DNA of 64,000 nucleotides from Escherichia coli (GTDB lineage Bacteria; Pseudomonadota; Gammaproteobacteria; Enterobacterales; Enterobacteriaceae): NCBI RefSeq assembly GCF_003334815.1, contig NZ_QOWO01000008.1; one strand, 5' to 3'. Shown piece by piece: positions 59,483 to 64,000 of this stretch (position 1 is its first letter; each line of letters starts with the position of its first letter). The notes under the pieces were generated by a model. It saw only the letters and a program-made list of their open reading frames with translations, ran no database searches and was not told where the DNA came from. The position numbers and the translations under genes were made by a program.

Positions 59483-60450
59483 TTGATGGGATAAAGATCT
59501 TTGCGCTTATACGGCTGGATTTCGCCCGGTTTGCGAGTTTTCAGCAATTTTAGTATCCAGGTGTATTGTTCTGGTCGCGGACCAACAAAAATCTCGACTT
59601 CTTCATTCATCCGCCGCGCAATCGTATGATCATCCGCCTCTAACAGATCATCCATCGGTGGGCGCACCTGAATCGTCAGACGATGCGTCTTGCCATCATA
59701 AATCGGAAACAGCGGTACAACGCGCGCACGGCACACTTTCATCAAACGACCAATCGCGGGCAACGTCGCTTTATAGGTGGCAAAGAAATCCACAAATTCG
59801 CTGTGCTCTGGGCCATGATCCTGATCGGGTAAATAATATCCCCAGTACCCCTGACGTACCGACTGGATGAATGGTTTAATACCGTCATTTCTCGCATGCA
59901 GACGACCGCCAAAGCGACGACGCACCGTGTTCCAGACATAATCAAAAACCGGGTTGCCCTGATTATGGAACATCGCTGCCATTTTCTGCCCTTGCGAGGC
60001 CATCAGCATGGCAGGAATATCGACGGCCCAACCGTGCGGCACCAGAAAGATAACTTTCTCGTTATTACGCCGCATCTCTTCGATGATCTCCAGCCCTTGC
60101 CAGTCAACGCGCGGCTGAATTTTCTCCGGCCCGCGTATTGCCAACTCAGCCATCATTGCCATCGCTTGCGGCGCGGTGGCAAACATCTCATCAACAATCG
60201 CTTCGCGTTCAGCTTCACTACGTTCTGGAAAGCAGAGCGACAGATTGATTAACGCACGACGGCGTGAGCTTTTTCCCAGTCGTCCGGCAAAACGTCCCAG
60301 CCGTGCCAGAATGGGATCACGGAACTTTGGCGGCGTTAAAGCGATACCCGCCATCGCTGCTACGCCCAGCCATGCTCCCCAGTAGCGCGGGTGGCGAAAG
60401 GATTTATCAAACTCAGGAATGTATTCGCTATTATTTTTTTTCGTTTCCAT
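59479..60450 (-). CDS. lpxM: Lipid A myristoyl acyltransferase
   Basis: 323 aa, HtrB/MsbB late acyltransferase family. Confidence 0.94.
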
Positions 60451-60569
60451 GCTTTTCCAGTTTCGGATAAGGCAAAAATCAATCTGGTGATAGTGTAGCG
60501 GCGCAACTTGCCCCGCACCAAATAAAAAAAGCCGGTACTGACTGCGTACCGGCTGCGAATGGATGTTAA

Positions 60570-61892
60570 TTAATCAAACCGTAGCTGCGGCACAATCTCT
60601 TTGGCCTGCGCCAGGAATTCGCGACGATCGGAGCCGGTCAGCCCTTCGGTACGCGGCAGTTTTGCCGTCAGCGGGTTTACGGCCTGCTGGTTTATCCATA
60701 CTTCATAGTGCAGATGCGGCCCGGTTGAACGTCCGGTATTACCGGAAAGCGCGATACGGTCGCCACGTTTCACCTTCTGTCCCGGTTTCACCAGAATCTT
60801 GCGCAAGTGCATATAACGCGTGGTGTAGCTGCGACCATGACGAATAGCCACATAATAACCTGCTGCGCCACTGCGTTTGGCAACCACCACTTCACCGTCA
60901 CCCACTGAAAGCACTGGCGTACCCTGCGGCATGGCGAAATCAACACCTCTGTGTGGTGCAACGCGACCGGTCACCGGATTAGTACGACGCGGGTTAAAGT
61001 TAGACGAGATACGGAACTGTTTCGCCGTCGGGAATCGCAAGAATCCTTTCGCCAGACCAGTACCGTTACGATCGTAGAATTTGCCATCTTCAGCGCGGAT
61101 AGCGTAATAATCTTTACCTTCTGAACGCAAACGTACGCCCAGCAGCTGGCTTTGCTCACGTTTACCATCAAGCATTTCTCGAGACATTAACACCGCAAAT
61201 TCATCGCCTTTTTTCAGTTTGCGGAAATCCATTTGCCACTGCATGGCTTTAATCACTGCGCTCACTTCGGCGCTGGTTAAACCGGCGTTTCTGGCGCTGG
61301 CAACAAAGCTTCCCCCGACGGTACCTTTCAGCAGATTGTTAACCCACTCTCCTTGCTGCATTTCGCTGGTCATTTTAAAACCGTTAGCGGCAGTACGGTC
61401 ATAGGTTCGGGTTTCACGACGAGACACTTCCCAGGTGAGGCGCTGCAGTTCGCCGTCCGCGGTTAATGTCCAGGAGAGTTGTTGACCGATTTTCAGGTTA
61501 CGCAATTCTTTGTCGGCCGCAGCCAGTTGGGTGATATCACCCATATCAATACCATACTGATTGAGAATGCTGCTTAGCGTATCGCCAGTGGAAACAACAT
61601 ATTCATGCACGCCCGCTTCACCGGCGATTTTGTCATCCAGTTCGTCCTGGGGAATGGCTTCATCTTCTTGTGCAGCTTGATCAATCGGCTCACTGGCTTC
61701 AGGTAAGAGCGAACGAATTTCGTTCTGTTCCAGCTCAATGGTTTTGACAATTGGCGTGGCATCACGGTGATAAACATAAGGCCGCCAGACAGCGACGGCC
61801 AGAGTAAGAACGGTGAGCGACCCCAACATAACGCGGTGTGGTCGCGGTAAATTATTAAACGCCAGGGCGACAGAGCGGGCTATCTGTTGCAC
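60570..61892 (-). CDS. mepM: Murein DD-endopeptidase (LysM plus M23 peptidase)
   Basis: 440 aa, M23 HxxxD/HxH motifs. Confidence 0.9.
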
Positions 61893-61907
61893 GTAATCAC
61901 TTCCTCA

Positions 61908-62840
61908 TTAATCTCCTTTCAGGCAGCTCGCATACTGGTTGGCTAATTGACTCAGGAATTCTGAATAGCTTGTTTTACCCAGTTTGATATTCGTCCCCAG
62001 GGGATCCAACGTTCCCATACGAACGGATGTCCCTCGTGCGACGCTCTCAACGACCGCTGGCCTGAACTGTGGCTCAGCAAAAACGCAGGTTACTTTTTGC
62101 TCAACCAACTGTGTTCTTATTTCATGTAAACGCTGCGCGCCAGGTTGAATCTCAGGGTTAACGGTAAAATGACCAAGCGGTGTCAGTCCAAACTGTTTTT
62201 CGAAATAGCCGTAAGCATCGTGAAAAACGAAATAACCTTTCCCCTTGAGCGGCGCGAGCTCGTTACCAACCTGCGTTTCGGTTGAGGCTAATTGTGCCTC
62301 AAAATCCTTCAGGTTGGCGTCAAGTTTGGCTCGACTTTGCGGCATAAGTTCCACTAATTTTCCATGGATTGCAACCGCTGTAGCCCGCGCTATCTCTGGG
62401 GAAAGCCAAAGATGCATGTTGAAATCGCCGTGATGGTGATCTTCGTCACTTTTTTCCGCGTGGTCGTGATCATCATCATCGCCGTGAATACTTTTCATCA
62501 GTAGCGGTTTCACATCTTCAAGCTGCGCAATCGTTACCTGCTTCGCTCCTGGTAATTTGCTTACCGGTTTTTGCATAAACGCTTCCATCTCCGGGCCAAC
62601 CCAAACGACTAAGTCCGCGTTCTGTAAGCGTTTTACATCCGATGGGCGCAGTGAATAATCATGTTCTGAAGCGCCGTCAGGAAGTAAAACCTCTGTTTCT
62701 GTTACCCCATCAGCAATGGCAGAAGCGATGAACCCAACGGGTTTAAGCGAAGCGACAACGGCGGCATCTGCGGCCTGTGTTGCACCTCCCCAGAGAGCGG
62801 CGGATAATGCTGCGAAAAGAAGCGTTTTTTTATGTAACAT
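61908..62840 (-). CDS. znuA: High-affinity zinc ABC transporter periplasmic binding protein
   Basis: 310 aa from ATG 62840 ([23 protein letters not shown]), His/Asp-rich loop ([21 protein letters not shown]). Confidence 0.9.
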
Positions 62841-62872
62841 AATGCGACCAATAATCGTAATGAATATGAGAA

Positions 62873-62892
62873 GTGTGATATTATAACATTTC
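62873..62892. promoter_or_regulatory. Zur box (GTGTGATATTATAACATTTC) in znuA/znuCB divergent promoter
   Basis: Palindromic match to the Zur operator between the divergent znuA and znuC starts. Confidence 0.6.
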
Positions 62893-62918
62893 ATGACTAC
62901 TGCAAGACTAAAATTAAC

Positions 62919-63674
62919 ATGACAAGTCTGGTTTCCCTGGAAAATGTCTCGGTTTCTTTTGGCCAACGCCGCGTCCTCTCTGATGTGTCGCTGGAACTTA
63001 AACCTGGAAAAATTTTGACTTTACTTGGGCCAAATGGCGCAGGTAAGTCGACACTGGTACGGGTAGTGCTCGGGCTGGTAACACCCGATGAAGGGGTTAT
63101 CAAGCGCAACGGAAAACTGCGCATCGGCTATGTACCGCAGAAGCTGTATCTCGACACCACGTTGCCACTGACCGTAAACCGTTTTTTACGCTTACGCCCT
63201 GGTACACATAAAGAAGATATTTTGCCTGCACTGAAACGTGTCCAGGCCGGGCACCTGATTAACGCACCGATGCAAAAGCTCTCTGGTGGCGAAACGCAGC
63301 GTGTACTATTAGCGCGAGCATTGTTAAATCGCCCGCAATTATTAGTGCTGGATGAACCCACTCAAGGCGTGGATGTAAATGGCCAGGTGGCGTTATATGA
63401 CCTTATTGACCAACTGCGTCGTGAACTGGATTGTGGCGTTTTAATGGTTTCTCACGATCTGCATCTGGTGATGGCAAAAACCGATGAAGTGCTGTGCCTG
63501 AATCACCACATTTGTTGTTCCGGCACACCGGAAGTTGTTTCCCTGCATCCGGAGTTTATTTCAATGTTTGGTCCTCGTGGTGCTGAACAACTGGGTATCT
63601 ATCGCCATCATCATAACCATCGTCACGATTTACAGGGACGAATTGTTTTGCGTCGGGGAAATGATCGCTCATGA
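62919..63674 (+). CDS. znuC: Zinc ABC transporter ATPase
   Basis: 251 aa, Walker A (GPNGAGKST), ABC signature (LSGGETQ). Confidence 0.95.
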
Positions 63675-64000
63675 TTGAATTATTATTTCCCGGTTGGTTA
63701 GCCGGGATCATGCTCGCCTGTGCCGCGGGTCCGCTGGGTTCGTTTGTAGTCTGGCGTCGTATGTCTTATTTCGGTGATACGCTGGCTCATGCCTCATTAC
63801 TTGGCGTCGCGTTTGGTTTGTTGCTGGACGTGAATCCATTCTATGCGGTGATTGCCGTTACGCTGCTGCTGGCGGGCGGTCTGGTATGGCTGGAGAAGCG
63901 TCCACAGCTGGCGATCGACACGTTATTAGGGATTATGGCGCACAGTGCCCTGTCGCTGGGCCTGGTGGTCGTGAGTCTGATGTCTAATATTCGTGTTGAT
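63671..64000 (+). CDS. znuB: Zinc ABC transporter permease (partial, 3' end beyond window)
   Basis: ATG at 63671 overlaps the znuC stop (ATGA); hydrophobic N-terminus [23 protein letters not shown]... Confidence 0.9.

Overview
This window reads as a contiguous stretch of Escherichia coli core chromosome, syntenic with the K-12 interval leuE(yeaS) to znuB. I found no convincing previously undescribed system: every ORF over about 150 aa maps to a known E. coli gene in K-12 order, and every intergenic gap is explained by known promoters, terminators, REP elements, an Mn riboswitch or the SdsR/RyeA sRNA pair. Gene identities rest on recognising the translated proteins from the ORF track and on K-12 gene order; no database search was run. 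The one structural departure from reference K-12 is at the left edge: positions 1-75 look like the terminal inverted repeat and transposase start of IS186, inserted into yeaR at a GGGG-N-CCCC target and leaving only the first 41 yeaR codons in the window. Many ORF-track entries carry spurious N-terminal extensions, so I trimmed starts to the internal start codon that gives the K-12 protein length. The remaining findings are known or low-novelty regulatory features and a few poorly characterised y-gene modules; the most speculative is a possible structured leader upstream of the TerC-family gene yoaE. No tRNA, rRNA, CRISPR array, integrase or prophage signal was seen.
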